This document shows positions 30,006 through 39,027 of a stretch of 64,000 bases of DNA, piece by piece. Positions within the stretch are counted from its first letter, which is position 1. Every line of letters starts with the position of its first letter. Below the pieces are notes generated by a model, which worked only from the letters and a program-made list of their open reading frames with translations, had not been told where the DNA came from and ran no database searches. Made by a program: the position numbers and the translations under genes. The stretch covers positions 1 through 64,000 of the forward strand of contig JASFYO010000003.1 of assembly GCA_045047305.1 (NCBI GenBank). The letters are read 5' to 3'. This DNA is from Planctomycetota bacterium. Its GTDB lineage: Bacteria; Planctomycetota; UBA1135.

Positions 30006-31498
30006 TCCTTAGCCTTGTATTTGCCTTAATGCAAGATGTGGGGCACCTAGTCTCCTTTGTACAACCTTCTGGCAGCTTGTTGGATGCGCGCACTTTCGGC
30101 GATTACGATGGCGATGGCGATTTGGACTTATTCCAAGCCGTGTTGGCTAAGAGCGGCAAGCGTTACATCGATGTCCATTTCCAGAAAGACGGCCAGGCCT
30201 TTTCTGCTGCACCCGATTTGCACCTGGAAATGTCGCCGCAGTTAGTGGCTTGGAATGTAGGCGACTTTCTTTCTGGAGAGGGGGAGGAGGGAGTCGAAAT
30301 TTTGTTACTGGCAAGTCGAGGGGCTTACATCCGTCAGCATTCCGGTCGCTTAAAACGTTTTAGCCAAGCACCCATTTCGATGCTCCTGGATATGCCTTCG
30401 AGCCAGGAATTGCCGTTATGGAATCCGGTTGCTGACATCGATGGCGATGGCAAGCCAGAGGTCGTGGTCGCCACTGGGGATGGCTTTCGGATTTTGGACG
30501 ATGACGGTAGTACCGTCGGTGAAATCCGCGTCGGGGTGACCGATGACCGTGCACCAGTCGCCACCGGAAACTATTTGGGCGGCCTTATCCACACTACGAT
30601 TGGCAGCCAAGAGCTTGGAACCCTGTTTGTGCCCAATGAGGATTTGGGGGTGATTGCGCGCCCGCCCGCGCTGTTCACGGCTAATTATTTGCCATCGCCA
30701 GTGTGGGCCGATGTTGATGGTGATGGCCTGCTTGATCTCACTTATCTACGCAAGAACAAGCTAAGTTTGTTTATTCAAAATGCGGAAGGAAAATTCCCGA
30801 AGAAGGCATCGCAAGTGATTGAGCTGCCCGACAACGGTGAGGCTGATTTTGAACAAGTGGAGTGGATGGACCTCGGTGGAGGCCCAGCCGCAGATTTACT
30901 CTTCGTCCGCAGTAGTGCTGATTTCTTAAAGCAATCGCGTCCATGGCAGGTCCGTTTCTATCTTGATCCAGCGCAAAAGGAGAATCTTGAGTATGCCGAC
31001 GCCTTCCTCAAGGTTAGCTCCACCTTTTTGTGGGTATTCGCGAAAGACCTCAATGCTGATGGACGTAAGGATATCTGTCTATCCAATTGGAAACTGGATC
31101 TCGGGCTTTTGGGTCAAGGCGCTCCGCAGGTGCAACATGACATCAATGGCTTTCTGGCCGATAAAAATGGGTGGGCCAATCGTCCAGCCTTTGTGTGGAC
31201 GCGCACTTATAAGGTCGAGGACTTTGATTCCTTCATTACCTTGGATTCTTTCGTGGATGACCTCACCGGCGATGGCCAACCCGATTTTTTGGAGCGATCG
31301 AAATCGGGCAATCTAGAAGTGCGTCGCTTTGTGGGGACTGAGACTAAGGTGCAGGTCGATGATGAGATCGTCGCCGAAATTCCGATTCAAGCTTTGCAAG
31401 CCTCCGTTGATGTGCAAGATTTAAACGCTGATGGCATTGGTGACTTCATCATTCAACGCGATGGCAATCTCGAAATCCACCTTTCTTACCGCCGATGA
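30002..31498 (+). CDS. FG-GAP/VCBS repeat protein
   Basis: Multiple DxDGDG repeats (DYDGDGDLD, DIDGDGKPE, DVDGDGLLD, DLNADG). Confidence 0.85.
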   Translation: MILSLVFALMQDVGHLVSFVQPSGSLLDARTFGDYDGDGDLDLFQAVLAKSGKRYIDVHFQKDGQAFSAAPDLHLEMSPQLVAWNVGDFLSGEGEEGVEILLLASRGAYIRQHSGRLKRFSQAPISMLLDMPSSQELPLWNPVADIDGDGKPEVVVATGDGFRILDDDGSTVGEIRVGVTDDRAPVATGNYLGGLIHTTIGSQELGTLFVPNEDLGVIARPPALFTANYLPSPVWADVDGDGLLDLTYLRKNKLSLFIQNAEGKFPKKASQVIELPDNGEADFEQVEWMDLGGGPAADLLFVRSSADFLKQSRPWQVRFYLDPAQKENLEYADAFLKVSSTFLWVFAKDLNADGRKDICLSNWKLDLGLLGQGAPQVQHDINGFLADKNGWANRPAFVWTRTYKVEDFDSFITLDSFVDDLTGDGQPDFLERSKSGNLEVRRFVGTETKVQVDDEIVAEIPIQALQASVDVQDLNADGIGDFIIQRDGNLEIHLSYRR

Positions 31499-33090
31499 TT
31501 AGCACCCTTCTACTCGCGTTTTGTCTTCAAGCACCCGCAGCGATTGAAGGTCTTAGCGCTCAAGACTTAATTCCTCTAGATTTTGGTAAGCCGTTTTCTC
31601 ACATGGCGATTGCGAGTCTGGATGGAACCAAGGTGGGCCATATGCTTGCGATTGAAAAGAACGAGGTGCGTTTGCTGGAGGGCGATGTACACCCAACCCT
31701 GGAACTGCCTGGTGAGGCCACTTTGTGGACCATGGCGGACCTCGATGGCAATGGGCTAGAAGAGTTGATCGTTCTCGTCGATGGCAAGGAGTTGCGGCGC
31801 CTGAATCTAGTAGGGGATGTTTTTTCGCTTTCTGAACCGTTGCTCGATGGATTACGCGGTGTGCCTCCACGCGGATGTCATGCTGGATCTTTTTTGCGTG
31901 ACTTAGACCAAGATGGGCATCCGGATTTGCTTTTGCCTATGGGGGATCGTTTGCAGTTGTGGATGGGTGAAGGCGACACCTTCACCGCAGGACCTGATTT
32001 AGGTTCGATCTCTCGTTTGGAACTGCGCACGGATCGTGGGCTCATGGGCAAGGTTGGCCGAAAACTTGTGGTGCCACAATTGCTGCCGGAAGACATCAGT
32101 GGTGACGGGCGCCCAGACCTCACGGTGAGTGATGGCTTGCAAATTCGGCAGTTTGTACTTGGGGACTCAGGGTTTCCAAGTGAACCGACCCGGAGCCTAG
32201 ACCTCTCTCGTTTTCGCGCCGACATGAATGATTTTGGCGTCGACCTTGGCAACCTAACCAGCTCGATTCGATACCTGGTGCAGGACAAGTGGGCGGATCT
32301 CAATGGCGATGGCGCGATGGATTTACTAATCCTTGCGGATGGCCGCATTCGTGTTTTCCTCGGTGGTGAAGATGGTGTCGACCTCGCGCGTGAGCGCACC
32401 CGACTGAAAGTGCGCGGGAATGTGTTTTACATTTACCCAGCGCGCATCGATAACGACAATATCCCCGACTTGGTGTTGGTGCGGGTCGAAGATTTGGGAC
32501 TCGGTAAGCTTTTACGTGCAGCCTTGTTTTCTTGGGAGATCGAGTTCGATTTTTTGGTTTTCCGCGGCAAGGGTGACGGCGATTTTGAAAAACGGCCTTT
32601 TCGCGAACGCTCAGCGAATTTAAAGGGTGATTCTCTGGTTTCTACTTACAAAGGCGAAAAAGACCAGTTTAATAGTTTGCGCCAGAATGTTGTGCGCATG
32701 TGTGATTACGACGGCGATGGCATCCGCACAGACTTGGTCACTCTTGGTGCTGGAGGACGGCTACAGGTGTGGCTAAACCTAGTTTCCGATGAGTCGGTCC
32801 TGCACGGAGCGATCGAGAAGTTTCTTCAGCAAACTCTCGCTGGGGATGGTGACCTTGATGTCGGAATATCCACTCTCACCCAGTGGACTCTTGGCCGTAC
32901 TTCTGCCATGACCTCCATGACTCATGGGATTGAGCCGGACTTAGATATTCGTCTTGAAAACTGGGCGGAACCCCACGCCCTAACCATCCGCGATTTGGAT
33001 GGCGACGGGCGTGAGGAAGTTTTGGCCGTGCGCCTGGTCTCTCCCGACAAAGGCGAGAAAAGCCTGGTCGGGTATTTGCTGCGCTTCTAG
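31495..33090 (+). CDS. FG-GAP/VCBS repeat protein
   Basis: Signal peptide; DLDGNG, DLDQDG, DISGDG, DLNGDG, DLDGDG repeats. Confidence 0.85.
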   Translation: MISTLLLAFCLQAPAAIEGLSAQDLIPLDFGKPFSHMAIASLDGTKVGHMLAIEKNEVRLLEGDVHPTLELPGEATLWTMADLDGNGLEELIVLVDGKELRRLNLVGDVFSLSEPLLDGLRGVPPRGCHAGSFLRDLDQDGHPDLLLPMGDRLQLWMGEGDTFTAGPDLGSISRLELRTDRGLMGKVGRKLVVPQLLPEDISGDGRPDLTVSDGLQIRQFVLGDSGFPSEPTRSLDLSRFRADMNDFGVDLGNLTSSIRYLVQDKWADLNGDGAMDLLILADGRIRVFLGGEDGVDLARERTRLKVRGNVFYIYPARIDNDNIPDLVLVRVEDLGLGKLLRAALFSWEIEFDFLVFRGKGDGDFEKRPFRERSANLKGDSLVSTYKGEKDQFNSLRQNVVRMCDYDGDGIRTDLVTLGAGGRLQVWLNLVSDESVLHGAIEKFLQQTLAGDGDLDVGISTLTQWTLGRTSAMTSMTHGIEPDLDIRLENWAEPHALTIRDLDGDGREEVLAVRLVSPDKGEKSLVGYLLRF

Positions 33091-34562
33091 TCGAGTTGTG
33101 TCCACAAGGCCTTGAGATAGCGGCCTTCGGGGAAGTCGATACGTACTGGGTGGTCTGGACCGGCTCCCGTTTCCCGCAGTACACGAATGGTGCGCAAACG
33201 CGCCGCGCGGCGGATGATTTCCTGAAAGGTGAGTGGTTCAAGGAGGCCGCTGCAGGAACAACTGATGAAGAAACCGCCATCCTTCACCAAAGGAATCGCA
33301 AGCTTGTTGATGTCGTTGTACTTCGCTTTTCCCTCTTCAAAGTCACGCCGGCTGCGAATGAACTTTGGCGGGTCCACGATCACAATGTCGAATTGCTTGC
33401 CGTTGTTGGCTAGCGTACGCAAGTAGCTGAATGCATCGGCATGGGTGAACTTGATGTTCTTCAGATGATTGATGTTCGCATTGCGCTTGGCTTGCTCAAT
33501 TGCTTTCTCATCCAGGTCGATACCGCGCACCTCACTTGCGCCAGCAGCAGCGGCATTCAGAGAGAAGCCTCCGGTGTAAGAACAAACGTCCAGCACCGAG
33601 GGTGGGTTGCCCGCATCCGCCAATCGCTTGACTAAGGCTGCAAGGCGTGCGCGGTTTTCACGTTGGTCACAGAAGAAGCCGGTCTTATGGCCTTCCGCCT
33701 GGAACACTTCATAGGTGATGGCGCCTTCTTCAAACTGAAAGCGTGGCGGACAGCCTGCCGAGCGCTTTTCAAAGGGGATTCCACCTTCGGCTCGCGCTGC
33801 TGTTTCATCGTAGACCACACGGTGCTCTTTGGTGCCAAGTACCTCGTGGAAGGTCGGAAGCACCAATTCGAAGATATCCGCCATGGGCTCGGAGTAAGCC
33901 TCGGCGACTAGAAGCTCTCCGTAACGGTCCATGGTTAGCGCTGGGAAATCATCGCCTTCTGCGTGCAGGATACGACAAACTTCATTTGGAATGTCAGGGT
34001 CTGCTATGCGGCGTTCTGCAGCAGCACGCGCGCGCTCATGCCAGAATTCTTCCGTTGGCTCGGAATTGTCACGCGTGACCAAGCGCACCGCAATGCGCGA
34101 GTGCGGGTGAAAAAAACCCCAACCGCGGAAGTCTTGGTACTGGTCATATACAGCAACCATAGTGCCAGCCTTATGCCGCGCGGAAGTGCGGTCGACATCG
34201 CCGGACCAAACGCGGGGGCCACGCATCGGACCACGCAAAGTCACCCACGGCTCCATGCGTTCGACTGTACGGCCGGATTCACGCTCCTTGTCGCGACGCC
34301 ATTGGCCGCCACCACTGCGTCCGGAGGATTCATGGCCACGTGCACCATGTCCCCCACGGTCGTCGCGGCCGTAGTTACGGCGCCCGTCATTGCGGTCATC
34401 ATCATCGCTGTCGCGGTCGCTGCGGTGGGTGTCGTCGGAGTCACGGCCGCCGCCGCGATATGAATCTCGTCCGCCACGATCATCGCGGCGAGAATCACGT
34501 TGTCCGCCATCTTGACGAGAATCGCGGTTGCCGCTGCCGGCGTTGTCCCAAGGGCTAGCCAT
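33087..34562 (-). CDS. rlmI: RlmI/RlmK-like SAM-dependent rRNA methyltransferase with R/D/G-rich N-terminal extension
   Basis: AEGDDFP, GHKTGFFCDQRENR, LDVCSYTGGF, VDPPKF, CSCS, GPDHP..EGRYLK. Confidence 0.85.
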   Translation of the reverse strand: MASPWDNAGSGNRDSRQDGGQRDSRRDDRGGRDSYRGGGRDSDDTHRSDRDSDDDDRNDGRRNYGRDDRGGHGARGHESSGRSGGGQWRRDKERESGRTVERMEPWVTLRGPMRGPRVWSGDVDRTSARHKAGTMVAVYDQYQDFRGWGFFHPHSRIAVRLVTRDNSEPTEEFWHERARAAAERRIADPDIPNEVCRILHAEGDDFPALTMDRYGELLVAEAYSEPMADIFELVLPTFHEVLGTKEHRVVYDETAARAEGGIPFEKRSAGCPPRFQFEEGAITYEVFQAEGHKTGFFCDQRENRARLAALVKRLADAGNPPSVLDVCSYTGGFSLNAAAAGASEVRGIDLDEKAIEQAKRNANINHLKNIKFTHADAFSYLRTLANNGKQFDIVIVDPPKFIRSRRDFEEGKAKYNDINKLAIPLVKDGGFFISCSCSGLLEPLTFQEIIRRAARLRTIRVLRETGAGPDHPVRIDFPEGRYLKALWTQLD

Positions 34563-34564
34563 GT

Positions 34565-34972
34565 TTATTTACCTCCGAGCTTTTTGAATTTCTCGAATTG
34601 AGTTTTATTCAGCGGCATCACGGAAAGCCGGGTTTGTTTGACTAGGGCTGATTCGGCCAAGGTTTTGTCGGCGCGTACTGTGGCCAAAGTCACGGGTTCT
34701 GCAAATGCGATTTGCACTTCAAGGTCCACCGCGGTCCAGTCACCATCGGTGGCAGTCGGGTCTGGATAACCTTCACCAATTACTTTGGCCGTGCCCATCG
34801 CGGACTTGAGCTTTCCCGAGTGGTAGAACACCACGCCGTCGCCCTTTTTCATTAAGCGAAGGTTGTTGCGCGCCTGATAATTACGCACGCCATCCCAACA
34901 GGTGCTGCCATCTTTGAGGAACATCTCAAAGGTGTATTTCGTGGGTTCTTCCTTTACCAGCCAGTATGCCAT
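34565..34972 (-). CDS. EVE domain protein
   Basis: YWLVKEEP, WDGVRNYQARN, FYHS, RLSVMP. Confidence 0.93.
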   Translation of the reverse strand: MAYWLVKEEPTKYTFEMFLKDGSTCWDGVRNYQARNNLRLMKKGDGVVFYHSGKLKSAMGTAKVIGEGYPDPTATDGDWTAVDLEVQIAFAEPVTLATVRADKTLAESALVKQTRLSVMPLNKTQFEKFKKLGGK

Positions 34973-35032
34973 GGGGGGAATTCTAACCGCGTCGCGGGGG
35001 CTTAAGTAGGCGGGAGAGATAGACTAAGCATC

Positions 35033-35878
35033 ATGGGTGAACGCCTAGCCGATTACGACCGTTTGAAGCTCGAAGAGCTCAATTACAACAGCTACCTGAA
35101 GATTCCGGAGCTGACTTCGCTGCAGGAATTGCGTAGTGATCCGGTGCACCACGATGAAATGTTTTTCATCGTCATCCACCAGAGTTTTGAGCTCTGGTTT
35201 AAGGAGATGCTCCACGAAGCCGGTCTTATGGTCCAGTGCTTTGAAAAAGGAGACATCGCCCACTCGCTGAAGGTTCTAAAGCGCATTCAGGCCATTTTGA
35301 CCTGCCTGACGCAGCAGATTCAGCTGCTCGGCACGCTAACCCCAGAGGAGTTTGCTGGCTTTCGTGAGGCCTTAGGTACAGGCAGCGGCTTTCAGTCGGT
35401 ACAGTTTCGTGAAATGGAATTCGTCTGTGGTCAGCGGGATCCTTGGTTCTTCCAGTTTTTTGAGAATCAGCCGGATGAACTCGCCCGCTTGAGAGCACGC
35501 TTTGAGGCTCCAAGCCTGTATGATTTTTTCCTGCGCGCCATGGCGCGGGAGGGATATGCCGTCCCCCAAGCCATTCTGGAACGGGATTTGTCGGAGACCC
35601 ACAGCATGAACGATGAACTCGTCATCGTTTTTCGCGATCTCTACCAGAACCCTGGAAATAACTATCACTGGGTACTCGCCTGCGAAGCCCTTCTCGATCT
35701 CGACACCATGTGGTCAAACTTCCGCTCCGCGCACATCCTGATGGTATCGCGCACGATTGGCGGCAAGAAGGGCACTGGCGGGTCTAGTGGCGTCCCATTC
35801 CTGGAATCGCGTCTGCCGCTGCGCTTTTTCCCCGAGTTATGGGAAATGCGGAATGCCGAATGGAACACCAATAAGTAA
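35033..35878 (+). CDS. kynA: Tryptophan 2,3-dioxygenase
   Basis: YNSYL, HDEMFFIVIHQSFELWFK, SGFQSVQFR, H....RTIG.K.GTGGSSG. Confidence 0.95.
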   Translation: MGERLADYDRLKLEELNYNSYLKIPELTSLQELRSDPVHHDEMFFIVIHQSFELWFKEMLHEAGLMVQCFEKGDIAHSLKVLKRIQAILTCLTQQIQLLGTLTPEEFAGFREALGTGSGFQSVQFREMEFVCGQRDPWFFQFFENQPDELARLRARFEAPSLYDFFLRAMAREGYAVPQAILERDLSETHSMNDELVIVFRDLYQNPGNNYHWVLACEALLDLDTMWSNFRSAHILMVSRTIGGKKGTGGSSGVPFLESRLPLRFFPELWEMRNAEWNTNK

Positions 35879-35882
35879 AACC

Positions 35883-36674
35883 GTGACACTCTCTCAATCT
35901 CTTAACGGCAAGCACGCATTGGTGTGTGGTGCAAGCTCTGGCATCGGACGTGAAATCGCCTTAGCCATGGCGGCGCAAGGTGCCCGTTTGTCCTTTTTTG
36001 CTCGTTCCGCCGAAAAGTTAACCGTGCTTGCTGAAGAGTGCCTCGCTGTAGGCGCCGAAACAGCTGTCGGTTTCCCTGTCGATCTCGAAGATGCCGACGC
36101 CCTCGCCTCCGCCACTGCCAGCGTCTTGCAGCAGGCAGGTCCGGTACACATTCTGATTAACAATAGTGGTGGGCCTCCTGGGGGGCCTTTGCTGAACGCT
36201 TTCGTGGAGGACTTCCTTGCGCCTTTGCGCCGGCATTTGTTTGCCGCACATTATTTGGTGCAGCAGCTTGTCGCCGGGATGCAGGAAGAGGGATACGGTC
36301 GTATTCTCAATATTATTTCGACTTCCGTGAAAGAGCCGATTGCTGGATTAGGCGTTTCCAACACGGTGCGTGGGGCGGTTGCGGCATGGGCTAAAACTTT
36401 GTCCAAGGAGTTGCCTACTTGCGTCACCATTAACAATCTCTTACCCGGTTTTACTGCTACCGACCGATTGGATTCCTTGCGTGAAACCGTCGCCGGGCGT
36501 CAGGGGATTTCGGCCGACGAAGTCGAAGCCAACTGGCTGGCCACCGTGCCTGCCGGACGCTTAGGCGATCCGCGAGAACTCGCCGCGCTTGCTGCATTTC
36601 TCGCCAGCCCAGCAGGTGCCTTTGTGCGTGGCCAATCGATTGCGGTCGACGGAGGCCGCCTCAACGGAATCTAG
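35883..36674 (+). CDS. Atypical SDR oxidoreductase
   Basis: GASSGIG, NNSGGP, SNTVR in place of YxxxK, PG...T.R, VDGG; GTG start 4 nt after the kynA stop. Confidence 0.88.
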   Translation: MTLSQSLNGKHALVCGASSGIGREIALAMAAQGARLSFFARSAEKLTVLAEECLAVGAETAVGFPVDLEDADALASATASVLQQAGPVHILINNSGGPPGGPLLNAFVEDFLAPLRRHLFAAHYLVQQLVAGMQEEGYGRILNIISTSVKEPIAGLGVSNTVRGAVAAWAKTLSKELPTCVTINNLLPGFTATDRLDSLRETVAGRQGISADEVEANWLATVPAGRLGDPRELAALAAFLASPAGAFVRGQSIAVDGGRLNGI

Positions 36675-36682
36675 ACCCCATC

Positions 36683-37921
36683 ATGCATTTCGACGTCTTC
36701 TTCTCCATTTGCCAAACACCGGTTGCGGGGTACGCCCCCGATGAAGCGACCATGTTTCGCAACTTCTTTGACCAGGTGAAGGTTGCCGACGACTTGGGCT
36801 ACGAATGTGCATGGATCGCGGAGTCGCACCTCTCCACCGAAGTGCAGAAGACCAACCGTCGCCCGGTGGTGCCTCACTTTCAGGGCGAGGTCGGGCTCAA
36901 CGTCGATATCACCCAGTTGGCGCACAAGGTTTTTGCAACCACCAAAAATATCGAGGTGGGAGCTGCAGTGATGAACATCGTGTGTAACGGTGGCCCGATT
37001 GCTGCCGCAGAGCGTTTGGCCTGTTTCTGCGCTCTGCACGGTCTCGACCCCAAGGAAACCCGCCGTTTGCGCATTGGATTTTCCATGGGACGCTTTGAGT
37101 TCATGAACCGCGCCTATGCTGTGGATTACCGCGATGCCATCGAAGAAGCTGCATGGCCGGCGTACAAAGGCCAGATGTTCCGTGAGGCTTGCGAGGTATT
37201 CCTGCGGCTACTCCGCGGCGATGTCCTCGATAGCACGCAAACTCCAGATACTGTGCTGACTCGTGCAAACTTCCGTTCCGATGAGGATTGGAACCGCGTG
37301 CAGGAAGCGTGGAAGACTGTCCACGGCGAGGATGCGCCCGACGCCATCCTATTCGCAAAACGCTGGCCTTTTGAATCCATTAAATTGATCCCGCAGGAGT
37401 GGCGGCGCGAGTTGTTGGACTTGATTGTGGGCTCGCATGATCCCGCATTGCAAGAACAGTTGAATGCAATTGCCCCGGTGAAGGTGTTCAACCTTTCGAT
37501 TACTTCCGAGGAGATCATTCATAAAACGCACGAGCGTTTAGCCACCACCTATCACCAAGATGGGGGCGCTTGGCGGCGTGAATACATGCCGCGCACGGTG
37601 ATGGTATTCCTCAATAACGAGGAAGGATTAAGTGGAGCGGAACAATCAGCCGCGGCTTCCAAAGAGGCTGAAGCGGCACTCTCGGAATACTGGAATGCCT
37701 TGGAGGGTACGCTAGACCCGAAAAAAGTCGCCGCTGCCACCGAAAACGCTTTGGTCGGAAATGCGCAGGAAATTGCGCAGCAAGTGCAAGAGCGCTTCCA
37801 CGCGGATGATCGCCTCATGTTGTGGTTCGATTTCTATAACCATGATTCGGCTCGGGTGATGCGCAACATGGAAGCCTTTCAGCGCGTTGTGATTCCTGCC
37901 GTAGAAGGAGCAGCAAAGTGA
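36683..37921 (+). CDS. Luciferase-like (LLM) flavin-dependent monooxygenase
   Basis: ADDLGYECAWIAESH, TKNIEVGAAV, RLRIGFSMG, ALVG..EIAQ; LLM TIM-barrel pattern. Confidence 0.85.
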   Translation: MHFDVFFSICQTPVAGYAPDEATMFRNFFDQVKVADDLGYECAWIAESHLSTEVQKTNRRPVVPHFQGEVGLNVDITQLAHKVFATTKNIEVGAAVMNIVCNGGPIAAAERLACFCALHGLDPKETRRLRIGFSMGRFEFMNRAYAVDYRDAIEEAAWPAYKGQMFREACEVFLRLLRGDVLDSTQTPDTVLTRANFRSDEDWNRVQEAWKTVHGEDAPDAILFAKRWPFESIKLIPQEWRRELLDLIVGSHDPALQEQLNAIAPVKVFNLSITSEEIIHKTHERLATTYHQDGGAWRREYMPRTVMVFLNNEEGLSGAEQSAAASKEAEAALSEYWNALEGTLDPKKVAAATENALVGNAQEIAQQVQERFHADDRLMLWFDFYNHDSARVMRNMEAFQRVVIPAVEGAAK

Positions 37922-39027
37922 GTGCTCCTTCCGGTAAACCTGCACGCCCACGCGATGCCATGTATCCACCTTCCCCGTTGGGCGTGAAGGAGGAGGGCGT
38001 GCCGACCGGGCGCGATGTCGAATGGGAACCGCTGGTCGACTTCCGCCGCGCCGGTGTTTCCGAAACCACTATTCATGGTGCGGTGGCATGGGCCCACGGG
38101 GACGAGGTCTTCCATAGCTTTGGCGGCAACGTTCTGTGTTATGGGCGCTCGATGATGAAACCATTGATGATGAAGGTATTCACTCAAGAGTTGGAAGCCG
38201 ATTTGGATTGGCGTCAGCGCGCGATTGCGGTTGCCTCACACAACGGCGATGCGCAGCACGTGGAAGCGGCGCAGTCCATCCTTGCGGAAAAGGATTGGGG
38301 ACTGATGCAGACGCCCCTGGATGTGCCCTTGGTGCAGTTTGGGCGCCAAGTCCGGCGTCCACGTCGGTGGTTTCACACCTGCAGTGGTGAACATTCCGCA
38401 TTGATCCGTGGGTGCCAACTCAAGGGTTGGGAAGAGGTCGGTTATCTCTTGCCGCAACACCCATTCTTCCACGCCTACGTGGAGCAAATCCGTCGTTATC
38501 TCGGCAGTGACTGGCGCCCTCTGCGTGTGGCGCGCGACGGTTGTGGATTACCAACTTTATCCAACACGGTGGTCGAGCTTGCACAGCTTTACGCTGGACT
38601 CGCGCGCGACCGTGATGAAGATTGGATTTGGGAAGCCATGCAGCGCTATCCCGATTTGGTTGGTGGCTTCAATCGCCTGGATTCCACCATCTTGAAATCA
38701 GGCAAAGGTCTGGTGCTGGCGAAAGAGGGCGCCGATGGCCTGCTTGGTCTTTCCATCGTGCATCCGGATTACCCCAAGGGGCTTGGCATCGTGGTGAAAA
38801 TCGCACACGGCTGGAATTCGCAAGCCACTTGGTACATCGCACGTGGCTTGCTTGGTGTTCTTGGAATCGAGTTGCGCAACCCCTACGCATTGCATCGTCA
38901 GAAAGCCTTTTTGGTGCCAGGAATGGTGCCCGAATCCATGCTCGGTAAACTTGCCGAGATTCCAACTTGGGATGAATGGGATCCCGACCGTGAACGTTAC
39001 GACTTCGATTGGGAGCCTTACCTATGA
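37918..39027 (+). CDS. Class-3 (Rhizobium etli-type, asparaginase_II) asparaginase homolog
   Basis: RSMMKP, ASHNG, TCSGEH (normally NCSGKH), DGCG, AKEGADG. Confidence 0.85.
   Translation: MSAPSGKPARPRDAMYPPSPLGVKEEGVPTGRDVEWEPLVDFRRAGVSETTIHGAVAWAHGDEVFHSFGGNVLCYGRSMMKPLMMKVFTQELEADLDWRQRAIAVASHNGDAQHVEAAQSILAEKDWGLMQTPLDVPLVQFGRQVRRPRRWFHTCSGEHSALIRGCQLKGWEEVGYLLPQHPFFHAYVEQIRRYLGSDWRPLRVARDGCGLPTLSNTVVELAQLYAGLARDRDEDWIWEAMQRYPDLVGGFNRLDSTILKSGKGLVLAKEGADGLLGLSIVHPDYPKGLGIVVKIAHGWNSQATWYIARGLLGVLGIELRNPYALHRQKAFLVPGMVPESMLGKLAEIPTWDEWDPDRERYDFDWEPYL

Noticed and set aside
34300..34540. Repeat-like DNA as a CRISPR or tandem array
   Set aside because: Imperfect in-frame codon repeats of a low-complexity protein tail; no constant repeat-spacer pattern and no cas genes.
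37918..39027. Asparaginase homolog as a kynureninase or as the formamidase
   Set aside because: It has no PLP fold-type I motifs, and KynB is already in the operon. A redundant amidase role cannot be fully excluded.
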